Part shown: piece by piece, positions 55,425 to 63,956 of the stretch
Numbering within the stretch: the stretch's first letter is position 1
Layout: each line of letters opens with the position of its first letter
Virus record (IMG/VR): IMGVR_UViG_3300045988_147522
From: a virus
Strand: one strand, 5' to 3'
Length of the DNA: 64,000 bases
Made by a program: the position numbers and the translations under genes
The notes under the pieces: model-generated
The model's input: the letters and a program-made list of their open reading frames with translations, nothing else
Told to the model about the DNA's origin: nothing
Database searches by the model: none

Positions 55425-56261
55425 TTATGCAAGTGATTGGAAGAGATTAGTAGCTTCTAAATTGCTATTAACTACATAACTGTAATCTGTACCAAGGTTG
55501 AGTTTCTTGCAGGAAGCCAAGATTATATCTTGTGTTAAGCCTATATACCTTAATGTAATGGAAGGAGAACTGTGTCCAAACATTTCCTGTAATAGTAAAA
55601 GCTTATCGTTGCTAAAGTTGCTCATAGCCATTTGATGATAACCAAAGGTTTTTCTTAATGTATGAGTTCCTACTTTTTCTGTAAGGTTACATTCAGTTTC
55701 TAAGCCTTTAAGAATACTATATATATATTCTCTGGTTAAAGGCTTACCTAAGTTCTTAGAACGGTTACTGTTGTCACCAGTAAATAAGTAGTCATTCAGA
55801 GTTTTGGAATTGTGATTGAGGAACAATTCTACGGCATCCATTACTGCTGAGTTAATGGTAACTACTCTATTGATTTTTTTTCTTCTTGTTTTTTTTGTTT
55901 TTAATTCGATGATAGGAAAGTATTCTTTGAACACTAACTGTTGGTTCTTGACCTCTAATAAGTGATTAAAGGTAAGTAACCTTAAGTCACTGACTCTTAA
56001 TCCAAAATTGATTCCCAATATAAAAAGCATGTTGTCTCTGTATCGACCTTTACTGATTAGATAGTCAGAAATGTTTTTTAATGTCTGGGTATCTTTGATA
56101 GGATCCATGTCATGTCTCTCATAAGATTCTATATTTTGAATTTCTGAGGGCACTGTGAGTTGAGCTGACGCTCGGAGCTTATTGTTTTGCCTAACTAATT
56201 TCTCAGGTTGTATAGGCTGCGAGAAGTCTACATAGATTAGGTTGTTATTCTCAGTTTTCAT
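55425..56261 (-). CDS. tyrosine recombinase, essentially catalytic domain only
   Basis: GLRVSDLRLL (Arg I), HTLRKTFGY (HxxR) and GHSSPSITLRYIG (His/Tyr). The ATG at 56261 is preferred because a promoter lies inside the longer listed ORF. Confidence 0.75.
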   Translation of the reverse strand: MKTENNNLIYVDFSQPIQPEKLVRQNNKLRASAQLTVPSEIQNIESYERHDMDPIKDTQTLKNISDYLISKGRYRDNMLFILGINFGLRVSDLRLLTFNHLLEVKNQQLVFKEYFPIIELKTKKTRRKKINRVVTINSAVMDAVELFLNHNSKTLNDYLFTGDNSNRSKNLGKPLTREYIYSILKGLETECNLTEKVGTHTLRKTFGYHQMAMSNFSNDKLLLLQEMFGHSSPSITLRYIGLTQDIILASCKKLNLGTDYSYVVNSNLEATNLFQSLA

Positions 56262-56299
56262 ATGTATCGAACATCCTTTCTGAATTACTTTCTGAACTA

Positions 56300-56327
56300 A
56301 TTGTACCATATATCCTAAAAATGTCAA
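56300..56327 (-). promoter_or_regulatory. sigma-70-type promoter (leftward)
   Basis: On the minus strand: TTGACA, a 16-nt spacer, then TACAAT. Confidence 0.5.
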
Positions 56328-56698
56328 GTAAAAATGACTTAAAAATCAAAGTTTTTTGAAAAAATTCCAAGTTGTGGAAATGCAAGTATATTCATTATTT
56401 TTTGTAAAGGATATTTTTATCGGAACAAATTCACCATTTGTATAGGAAATAAATTTCAGGATTTGCAGAGGGAGAGGGAAAAAGGAAAAATAAAAATACG
56501 AGATTTTAAGCCTGACTGTGAGAAGAAGTTACTGCAAACATAAAGCATAATTATGCAGTCTGAAAATATGGAAAATATCCCCGATATAACATACTGCTAT
56601 TTTGTGAAGTGAAAATTATACATTATTTTGTATAAATATTCATTTCATAGTATATATATGTTTTGCAATCATTATAACCAGCAAGAAATAAAAATGAC

Positions 56699-56728
56699 TT
56701 GACAAACTGCAAGGGGGTGTGTTATACT
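56699..56728 (+). promoter_or_regulatory. sigma-70-type promoter (rightward early)
   Basis: TTGACA, an 18-nt spacer, then TATACT. TGCAAG and CTTGCA half-sites flank and overlap the -10. Confidence 0.5.
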
Positions 56729-56760
56729 TGCACTATGGGTTATCCCATAGGACAAAAAAC

Positions 56761-56776
56761 TGTTGCATATGCAACA
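56761..56776 (+). promoter_or_regulatory. 16-bp perfect palindrome (operator-like) between promoter and first early gene
   Basis: TGTTGCATATGCAACA. Confidence 0.4.
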
Positions 56777-56798
56777 AAAAAATCATGGAGGAATTAAA

Positions 56799-57161
56799 AT
56801 GACAAATCAAAAAACAAAAAACAATACGATACTCTCGGACGGTAACTTTGCCGACCTTGCGGGCGGGAACAACTCAATACTAATGGGGGGTACTTATGCA
56901 AGACTTACGGGGGGCAATGATTCCATACTTACGGGGGGCGTACACTCCATACTTACGGGAGGTAATAATTGCGTAATTGTCGGAGACTATGAGAGCACCG
57001 TCAAAGGTAAAAAAGGATCCTTAATTGTGTTAATCAAAAGGGATATTAATATGCATATTGTCGATTATCAAATTGCACTTATTGACGGCGTAAAAATTAA
57101 GGAAGATACCTTGTACACCTTTGGATATGAAGGACCTATGGAGGTAAAAACAGAATGGTAA
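56799..57161 (+). CDS. octapeptide-repeat (beta-solenoid-like) protein
   Basis: GGAGGA before the ATG at 56799. Six to seven consecutive 8-residue repeats: ADLAGGNN / SILMGGTY / ARLTGGND / SILTGGVH / SILTGGNN / CVIVGDYE. Confidence 0.55.
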   Translation: MTNQKTKNNTILSDGNFADLAGGNNSILMGGTYARLTGGNDSILTGGVHSILTGGNNCVIVGDYESTVKGKKGSLIVLIKRDINMHIVDYQIALIDGVKIKEDTLYTFGYEGPMEVKTEW

Positions 57162-58291
57162 CAAAAATCAAACACGCACGCACACTCTATGGCACATGGT
57201 ACAGGGTTTATATTCCTTCATCTTATTTCAACGGTTGCAACAAGCTTATACTTGACACCGTAAAAAGCACGCTACGAAATAAGACTATTCAAGACTATGT
57301 ATACGGGCTGTACAAGACTGCACAGTCAAATCGTGGATATGCAAACATTTACAGCTTAACATATCAGATTGCATGCAAAGTGTGCCGGAATAACAAAATT
57401 AAAGACTTGCTCCCGGGTTTATATGCTGACTATCAACAAATCAGTAAAGCTATAACGGCTCCGGCTCAAATTCAACAAGCAATTAAACAAACGGTTAAAG
57501 ACTTAAATTTCGACTACTGCAAACAGTATCACGATAAAAAAACGCACTCCGTCAAGCCGTGGAACTCTCAAACGGTCAAATCTCATATCGGCTATCTGTT
57601 AACATATAACCCTAACAAGTCATTGTCTTTTTTTTCTGATTTACTTCACACGGGACTTGAAGAACCTCTAACGGTCGACGGCTTGACCGTATGGAATGTT
57701 GCAAGCTCATGTATAAGTTTACTCGACTTAAAAAGCAAATTAAGTCAGGTGTACACACTCAAGACAACACAACATAAGTATAGCAAAGATAAACATACAC
57801 TTGTTGACGGCTCGATTTATCAAATGACAGTAAACGGCTTGCGCCGTGTGTTTATTATAGGCAACGGCGACACAATAACAGAAACTAATGATACATATAT
57901 TTGCGAACGGCAACAAAACGGCTTGCAGTATATGTATTATATTACAAAAAAATACCTACGCCGTCAGCGCTCCGCCGACACTATAAGTTTACAAGCGCCC
58001 ACAAGTCAAGACTTGACGATTGCCGACTTGTTGCAAGACCATTCAGACCCCTGCGCACTGCAAGAATTTAAAACATACGAAAATCTTATAAATGATTTTT
58101 ATAAAACATATATTAGCACGCAGTTCGTCAAGCCTAAAACATTTGCGGTGTATTGTCAGTACCTAACACTAAAATGTACAGGTTTAAATAATAACACTTG
58201 CGCCGCTCAATTAACAATAGGTCATGCAACACTTGATAGATACATAGCAAGCTATAGTACGATGTTTTACGACTTCATAAAAAACAAATAG
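57155..58291 (+). CDS. hypothetical protein
   Basis: 378 aa; start overlaps the preceding stop. Confidence 0.55.
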   Translation: MVTKIKHARTLYGTWYRVYIPSSYFNGCNKLILDTVKSTLRNKTIQDYVYGLYKTAQSNRGYANIYSLTYQIACKVCRNNKIKDLLPGLYADYQQISKAITAPAQIQQAIKQTVKDLNFDYCKQYHDKKTHSVKPWNSQTVKSHIGYLLTYNPNKSLSFFSDLLHTGLEEPLTVDGLTVWNVASSCISLLDLKSKLSQVYTLKTTQHKYSKDKHTLVDGSIYQMTVNGLRRVFIIGNGDTITETNDTYICERQQNGLQYMYYITKKYLRRQRSADTISLQAPTSQDLTIADLLQDHSDPCALQEFKTYENLINDFYKTYISTQFVKPKTFAVYCQYLTLKCTGLNNNTCAAQLTIGHATLDRYIASYSTMFYDFIKNK

Positions 58292-58311
58292 ACTAAAAAG
58301 CCTTTTTAGTC

Positions 58312-58342
58312 CGCTCCCGTAAAAACGGGAGCGTTTTTTTTT
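58312..58342 (+). terminator. rho-independent terminator (+)
   Basis: CGCTCCCG-taaaaa-CGGGAGCG followed by a T9 run. Confidence 0.65.
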
Positions 58343-58539
58343 ATGCTTTTTTATTCAAATTGTGTAATATGTATATTATAATTCTTTAAAAAAAATATAG
58401 CTTGTGCAATATTTTTGAGGGAAAACACCTTTTCTATTTGGTATATATAATGTACAAAAACAAACAACAAACAAACAACACCGCAAACAAGCGGTAAACA
58501 TTTGTTAGTTATTTGTAATTACAAAAACGATATCACGCA

Positions 58540-59030
58540 AGATACACCGATTTTGCGGTACAATGATTTGAAATGAAGGTTTTGAGTCGTACTGCGGAAC
58601 TCGAAAAGGTCTTGAATTTCGTTTCGGATAAGCGTGAGAGCGTGCCGAGCGGCGTATCGTTTGCCCACCTGTGGGGCTGCACCAAAAACGCAGTCACAGA
58701 GCGGAACATTCCGCTTAAGGGCGATGGAGCTTCGTGGAAGCCGAAGCAGATTGTTGAATGGTGGCGTCGTTGCATCCAGATTGTAACGGGTAGTTTCGCT
58801 GTAATGAAACAGTGCAGACTTGAGTAAACAAGGAAGATGGCTGAAATCTTCGCTAAACCGCTTGAAGTGAACAAGTGTCGTAATATCCAAATCACAACAA
58901 TAATAACTATTAAAGGCTCTTGGCTAACCTGAGCAAGTCCGTTTCAGATCTGAGGCGGGTGACTTGTATTCTGCTCAAGACCTTGAGTGTCGGGTGACAA
59001 AGATACCTTCATATCTGCCTTGAGCCTTTT
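58540..59030. other. GC-rich, compositionally anomalous segment (structured RNA or acquired small gene)
   Basis: Two 60-nt lines counted by hand give 63% and 53% GC against AT-rich flanks. Overlapping ORFs occur on both strands, none with an SD. Many short hairpins are present. Confidence 0.3.
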
Positions 59031-59149
59031 AATATACATACTTGTTTTCTATCATTCTGCAAAGCACACATCTGAGGTAATGGCTTAGTCTGTTGCCTGA
59101 GCTGTGTGCTTTGTTGCACACGAATATTTTAATAATAGGAGTGTTCAAA

Positions 59150-60025
59150 ATGACAGAAACTGAAGTAATGGTAAAAGAAATCGTAGGAACTAAGAAGATT
59201 GAGCGCAAGACCTCATCTGATGGACTTGACAGCAAGCTTGCTGGTCTTGAAAAAGCTACAAAAGCATTGCAGACAGCCGCTGAGAGTGAAAACTTGGCTG
59301 AGTTTGCAAAAGCAAATGAGGATGCTAAAGATGTTCAGGATGATTACAACAATTATTTTACGAAATACTGCTTTGAGAATTTTCTTGAGGCTGAGCATCC
59401 GGCATTTGAAGTGTTAAAAGCAGGCTTCCTCGATTACAAGTCAATCAAGGGTGAGTCAACAATGGGATCGGTTACATACAGTGTTGTAACTGTGTCTAAG
59501 CAGATTAACTTTTTGGCATTCAATGCAGAGGCTCGTTGTTTCGGCAATAAGCTCGGCAAAGCAGCAACATTGCTTGCTTACTATGTGAGCCTGTATAAGA
59601 CCGCACAGGTGGCTAATGGCAAAAACATCATTAGCGGTTTCAATCACGCTTATCAGACTACAAAAAGGACTGTGGCACAGGATCAGCTCTTGAGCAAAGC
59701 ACCATCTAAAACTCTGCTCAAGAAGGCTTTGCAGGATGTTATCGACGAGCTTTGGTTTGTCGATAATGGCAAAAACGAGAACAAGTATGTCGTTACTACT
59801 CAGTGGTGTAATTTTATGCTGGACTTTATTGTTACAGCAAGAATGACCAAAACTGAGGCTTTTTATCAGACCGCCTCACCTGAGAAGGTTGTACAGGCTT
59901 GTGCAAACTTGATGCACAAACTCATCAATCGCTATGACATCTCAATCAAAGTTGAGGACAAAACTGTTCCGGCTGTTGAGTTGACTGCTCAGGATGAAAA
60001 TAAGGCTGAGACTGAACAGAAGTAA
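59150..60025 (+). CDS. hypothetical protein
   Basis: TAGGAG before the ATG at 59150; 291 aa, helical. Confidence 0.6.
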   Translation: MTETEVMVKEIVGTKKIERKTSSDGLDSKLAGLEKATKALQTAAESENLAEFAKANEDAKDVQDDYNNYFTKYCFENFLEAEHPAFEVLKAGFLDYKSIKGESTMGSVTYSVVTVSKQINFLAFNAEARCFGNKLGKAATLLAYYVSLYKTAQVANGKNIISGFNHAYQTTKRTVAQDQLLSKAPSKTLLKKALQDVIDELWFVDNGKNENKYVVTTQWCNFMLDFIVTARMTKTEAFYQTASPEKVVQACANLMHKLINRYDISIKVEDKTVPAVELTAQDENKAETEQK

Positions 60026-60036
60026 TATCTAAGTAC

Positions 60037-60076
60037 ACTCGTTTAGCGGTTGCGAGTAAAAATAAAACCGCTACCA
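60037..60076 (+). repeat. 40-nt hairpin repeat, copy 1
   Basis: ACTCGTTTAGCGGTTGCGAGTAAAAATAAAACCGCTACCA. Copy 2 at 61176-61215 differs at 2 positions. Confidence 0.7.
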
Positions 60077-60108
60077 AAGCGTATGCTTATTTTTAAGGAG
60101 GTTTAGTA

Positions 60109-60243
60109 ATGCGTCCACAAAAACATAATAAATTGACTAACCTTGAGCTTGCTATAATGACAGCAGGTTATTGTTTAGCAGGAGCTCTAAGTTTGACTGG
60201 CTTGTACTGGCTGTGCAAACTGTTAGTCTTAATTGTACCATAG
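60109..60243 (+). CDS. small membrane protein (44 aa)
   Basis: AAGGAGG before the ATG at 60109. My own translation is MRPQKHNKLTNLELAIMTAGYCLAGALSLTGLYWLCKLLVLIVP. Confidence 0.4.
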   Translation: MRPQKHNKLTNLELAIMTAGYCLAGALSLTGLYWLCKLLVLIVP

Positions 60244-60254
60244 GAGGGATACCG

Positions 60255-60407
60255 ATGAGTCAAAAAGATAAGCTTGAAAAACTTCTTGAGTGTTACGGCA
60301 TCTCATGGGGTGAGTTAAGTATATTAAATGATGCACAGATCAAAGCGATTGAGGTGGCTTATTATGACCGCTATGGCGAAAATATCGCTATAAGCTTTTA
60401 TTTTTAA
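60255..60407 (+). CDS. small hypothetical protein
   Basis: AGGAGGG before the ATG at 60255 (MSQKDKLEKLL...). Confidence 0.45.
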   Translation: MSQKDKLEKLLECYGISWGELSILNDAQIKAIEVAYYDRYGENIAISFYF

Positions 60408-60419
60408 GGAGGTGAAAAG

Positions 60420-60623
60420 ATGGGAGTTGTATGGGTGGAAAATTATGCGTATGAATATGCTGCTAAGTTTCTTCATGACAAAGAAGTGACTTTTGAAGCC
60501 ACTCGTCCCGATAGGGGTTCAAGCAAAGTAAGGCTTGAATTTCCGAAGCTATCTCAGAAAATGTCTGAGTTACTTATGACTAAGATTTGCCATAAGTCAA
60601 GGCAGTACGCAAAGCTCGAATAG
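60420..60623 (+). CDS. hypothetical protein
   Basis: AAGGAGG before the ATG; 67 aa. Confidence 0.5.
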   Translation: MGVVWVENYAYEYAAKFLHDKEVTFEATRPDRGSSKVRLEFPKLSQKMSELLMTKICHKSRQYAKLE

Positions 60624-60735
60624 AAAGTATGTTCGCTTGAACACTCGTGTAAAAAATGGTAGAATATTCCTGAAGCGTGATTATATCACGGCAAGATAAA
60701 CGATGTTTGTCATTAAAAGAGAGGAAGGAATATGA

Positions 60736-61176
60736 TTGCCAGAAAATAAAGACAATAGTGCGATGAACGCTCATGAGACTCACGAGAAAATGCTCAAAAT
60801 GCTACAAGAGGCAGGAGAGCAAAATCCGGATTGCCCAGAAGGACAATTTTTACTCAATTGTCTTACGGGTATGAATGAAGCACGAAACAAAGCCAAAGCA
60901 AGAGTGGTTGATCCGGTTAGTGTAAAACAAATCAATGGATTAAAAAAACTGTTTGAAGGTATAGATGGGGTTGATGTACAAACTACTGTTGACTCGTTTC
61001 GAGATTGTTTTATGTTTACCGTTGACTCAAGCCATATTATTACGCTTGATGCGGAGCAAATTGCAAATTTTTATCCGTTATTGGAACACTCCACTAATTT
61101 TTATGCTGGATATGATGAAGTCACAGAAACTCATTGTCTGGAGATTGATTTTCCGCACTATGTGTACGAGTGGTAA
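60736..61176 (+). CDS. hypothetical protein
   Basis: TTG start after GAGGAAGG (or the ATG at 60763); 146 aa. Confidence 0.5.
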   Translation: MPENKDNSAMNAHETHEKMLKMLQEAGEQNPDCPEGQFLLNCLTGMNEARNKAKARVVDPVSVKQINGLKKLFEGIDGVDVQTTVDSFRDCFMFTVDSSHIITLDAEQIANFYPLLEHSTNFYAGYDEVTETHCLEIDFPHYVYEW

Positions 61177-61215
61177 CTCGTTTAGCGGTTGCGAGTCAAA
61201 ACAAAACCGCTACCA
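61176..61215 (+). repeat. 40-nt hairpin repeat, copy 2
   Basis: ACTCGTTTAGCGGTTGCGAGTCAAAACAAAACCGCTACCA. It begins at the last base of the stop codon of the preceding gene. Confidence 0.7.
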
Positions 61216-61313
61216 TAAAATCACTCTTTTATTAGAGTAACAAAAAGTAAATATAAACCAATTAAGTGTATGCGATAGATTTTTGCATACACTTTTCTTT
61301 TGCCTAAAAAGAG

Positions 61314-61502
61314 GTGGTAAGAGTGTACGAGAGTATCAAAACAATACAAGATATTCGTGATGAACATATTGATGTATTGAGGGATTTTGGTGTAAAAGTT
61401 ACATCTCAGATTGTGCGAACAATCGAAACCAAGAAAACCGAAATTGCGATTGAAAATTACTGTCGTATTTTAATAATTAAACGATTAGAACAGGAGGAAT
61501 AG
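61314..61502 (+). CDS. hypothetical protein
   Basis: GTG start after AAGAGG; 62 aa. Confidence 0.45.
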   Translation: MVRVYESIKTIQDIRDEHIDVLRDFGVKVTSQIVRTIETKKTEIAIENYCRILIIKRLEQEE

Positions 61503-61508
61503 CTTCTT

Positions 61509-61748
61509 ATGCTAAAGGTTGGAGATCAAGTTCAAATATTGCCTTCTGCTGTTATAGTTGGAATACCTGAGATATTTATTGGACATACGGCGGTTATTAA
61601 TGCAGTATATTCTAATAATTTGATAAGCAATTCAGTACAAATCGAGGTTAACGATGAAGACAACAATACTTGGCGTTGTTTTCCTAAACATCTCAAGAAA
61701 ATTCAACCGTCCGAAACAGCTGATATCAGTATTTGGAATTATATTTGA
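61509..61748 (+). CDS. small beta-rich protein, paralog 1 of 3
   Basis: N-terminus MLKVGDQVQILPS is shared with the next two ORFs. Confidence 0.55.
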   Translation: MLKVGDQVQILPSAVIVGIPEIFIGHTAVINAVYSNNLISNSVQIEVNDEDNNTWRCFPKHLKKIQPSETADISIWNYI

Positions 61749-61762
61749 GAGAAGGTAATTTT

Positions 61763-62020
61763 ATGTTTAAAATTGGAGACAAAGTAAAAGTATTACCAAG
61801 CATAACACAACAGGACGGTTGTGATAGTCAGTTCTTGATTAACAAAATAGGCATCATACAGTTCGAGAGTCAAGACGATAGAGGTATAAATTGGTATGCT
61901 GTAAGTTTTGATTTTGATGATGATCGGTTACATGGTTGTACAGGGTTTACACCGCACTCAGATGGTTGGTGGTGCGACGGAGATTACTTATCACTCGTGC
62001 CAGAAAGTGATGTCTGGTAA
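61763..62020 (+). CDS. small beta-rich protein, paralog 2 of 3
   Basis: MFKIGDKVKVLPS...; ATG at 61763 after GAGAAGG. Confidence 0.55.
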   Translation: MFKIGDKVKVLPSITQQDGCDSQFLINKIGIIQFESQDDRGINWYAVSFDFDDDRLHGCTGFTPHSDGWWCDGDYLSLVPESDVW

Positions 62021-62044
62021 TGCATTTTGTAAGGAGGTGGTTTT

Positions 62045-62305
62045 ATGTTGAAGGTTGGCGATAAGGTTAAAATACTTCCAACAATACTGTCAGTCTATCC
62101 TAATTTTCCGTATGTAGGAGTAGTAGGCAGAGTGTGTGCTATTGACAACAATAATGATTCGATAGCTGTTGAGTTTTCGCATCCTAATGGGTATTTTCAT
62201 AGCTGTGACGGGAAGTCTGGGCAGTATTCTGGCTGGTATTGTCGTAGGAAAGAGTTGGAATTTATACCTGATGATAATTTGCCAGATATTTGGGAATATA
62301 TCTAA
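62045..62305 (+). CDS. small beta-rich protein, paralog 3 of 3
   Basis: MLKVGDKVKILPT... with the same C-terminal W/C pattern as paralog 2. Confidence 0.55.
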   Translation: MLKVGDKVKILPTILSVYPNFPYVGVVGRVCAIDNNNDSIAVEFSHPNGYFHSCDGKSGQYSGWYCRRKELEFIPDDNLPDIWEYI

Positions 62306-62387
62306 CATATAAACAATTTTAGGGAGGTTATAAAGTAAATTATGTTGATAGCAAAACACAATATTACAGTAGAAGGAGATTACAAAA

Positions 62388-62786
62388 ATGGCAGGCAGAA
62401 CTATTAGTAAAGAACTAAAAGCCCAGATTGTGTCGGCTTATAGACAAGGCGAAAAGATGAAAGATATAGCTGAATTGTATGGGGTATCATATCCCACTGT
62501 TTCTAAATTAGTCAGAACATCGGTTAATTCATCTGTTAGTCTTGTAGGCATTAAAAAGGCGTGTCCTAAGTGTGGTAAAGATAAACACGAAGTGGGTTCA
62601 TATTATTGCTCACATTGCGGGGCAAACATTATGACGGAAGATCAAAAGTTGTCAAGAGAACTTGACAATATCGCAAAAACAATTCGTTTTTGTTTGCCAC
62701 AAGCAAAAGAATCCGATAGAGAGAAAATTGATAATTATGTTGCAGTTTTAAAAGAGGCAGCATTAAGAGTAGGAGGAGAGGGGTGA
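62388..62786 (+). CDS. HTH plus zinc-ribbon DNA-binding protein
   Basis: HTH KMKDIAELYGVSYPTVSKLVR, then CPKCGKD...CSHCGANI. Confidence 0.6.
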   Translation: MAGRTISKELKAQIVSAYRQGEKMKDIAELYGVSYPTVSKLVRTSVNSSVSLVGIKKACPKCGKDKHEVGSYYCSHCGANIMTEDQKLSRELDNIAKTIRFCLPQAKESDREKIDNYVAVLKEAALRVGGEG

Positions 62787-62787
62787 T

Positions 62788-62907
62788 ATGACGGTAATTG
62801 CAAAGAATGGTCACTTTGAAGTTATTGATGAGCATGGCAATGTGTTGTGTTCGGGTGATACCGAAACAGAAGCTGTTGAAGCGTATGAAGAAATAGGATT
62901 TGAATAA
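62788..62907 (+). CDS. small acidic protein (39 aa)
   Basis: AGGAGGAGAGGGG before the ATG at 62788. My own translation is MTVIAKNGHFEVIDEHGNVLCSGDTETEAVEAYEEIGFE. Confidence 0.35.
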   Translation: MTVIAKNGHFEVIDEHGNVLCSGDTETEAVEAYEEIGFE

Positions 62908-63165
62908 TGTAACATTTGCTTGCTTTATTAAATAAAGCCGCCTTACTTAAAGTAAGGTGTTCGAAAGGTTAGAGAGAAGACAGGGAGGGCGACTGAAGGC
63001 GAATTGACACTGGACAGTCTCTTGCGCGGGATGTTCTCAAAGAGACCGAAGTTCTTAAGCCAAAAGGGCACTTCCGAATCCACATCTCAACGCAAAAGCC
63101 ACAGGAAAAAGATTAATTTACCGACTCTTCTGAAGTATCGATCTTTTATTTAAGAAATGTTACAG
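62907..63165 (+). other. ORF-free element closed by a 10-bp long-range stem; 5' part repeated at 63958
   Basis: TGTAACATTT at the left end is complementary to AAATGTTACA about 240 nt downstream. Internal hairpins include CCTTACT-TAA-AGTAAGG. Confidence 0.3.
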
Positions 63166-63281
63166 CACCCCTTTAGATAGGGGTGAGCGGTTACAAAACT
63201 ACTACCTCCTCGTGGTGTAACTGGGTAATGCTAAAGTAGAAATAAATTAAAGTGCCATACGAGGCAGAAAGGAGTCACAAA

Positions 63282-63668
63282 ATGACTGTAAAAACATTAA
63301 ACAATGTGATGGTTATTGAAGCCAACTTTCCAATGGAGGAACTTTTTAAAGTTTACAAACACAAGCCAGATGTATTGTCCTTAAAGGATGACGATGGCAA
63401 TATGCTTTTCGCTGTAAAGCCAAGTGAACACAGAGAGAGTTTTAGCGATTGCGGAATTTCTTTTGTAAGTAATTCTTACACAGCGTCAAAAGCATCAATT
63501 ACAATTCCTCTCCCATCAGAAGCTGCCAACAACACAAAGGTGTGGATTGCAGAAAACTTTGGTTCAATTCTGACAAATCTTGAACAGATTGAAAGAAATG
63601 TATCAGAAGCTTGTATTGATATTGATGCAAACATTGCAAAAATTGTCGGCTCAATTGTAACAGCGTAA
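63282..63668 (+). CDS. hypothetical protein
   Basis: AAAGGAG before the ATG at 63282; 128 aa. Confidence 0.5.
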   Translation: MTVKTLNNVMVIEANFPMEELFKVYKHKPDVLSLKDDDGNMLFAVKPSEHRESFSDCGISFVSNSYTASKASITIPLPSEAANNTKVWIAENFGSILTNLEQIERNVSEACIDIDANIAKIVGSIVTA

Positions 63669-63685
63669 ACAAGGAGGAAATAATA

Positions 63686-63919
63686 ATGAAAAGCATTAAA
63701 GTTCAGAATAATCTTAAGTCAAAAACAATCATTGGCAACCCAGACGAAATGACAGTTCAGCAGGCTTTCAATGAAGCCCAGCTCGAAATGGGTAATGGTA
63801 TTCTCAATCTTAACGGCGTTGTGGTATCTGCACAGGATGTCAACAGAACGCTGTCTGACATTGTTGGTGCAAGAGATACATACATTCTTGCATCGGTTGT
63901 CAAAGCTGATTGTGCATAA
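63686..63919 (+). CDS. hypothetical protein
   Basis: AAGGAGG before the ATG; 77 aa. Confidence 0.5.
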   Translation: MKSIKVQNNLKSKTIIGNPDEMTVQQAFNEAQLEMGNGILNLNGVVVSAQDVNRTLSDIVGARDTYILASVVKADCA

Positions 63920-63933
63920 TTTGATTTGAAACA

Positions 63934-63956
63934 AGGGAGAGTACACTCTCCCTTTG
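63934..63956 (+). terminator. hairpin terminator (+)
   Basis: AGGGAGAG-taca-CTCTCCCT followed by TTGG (short T-run). Confidence 0.4.
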
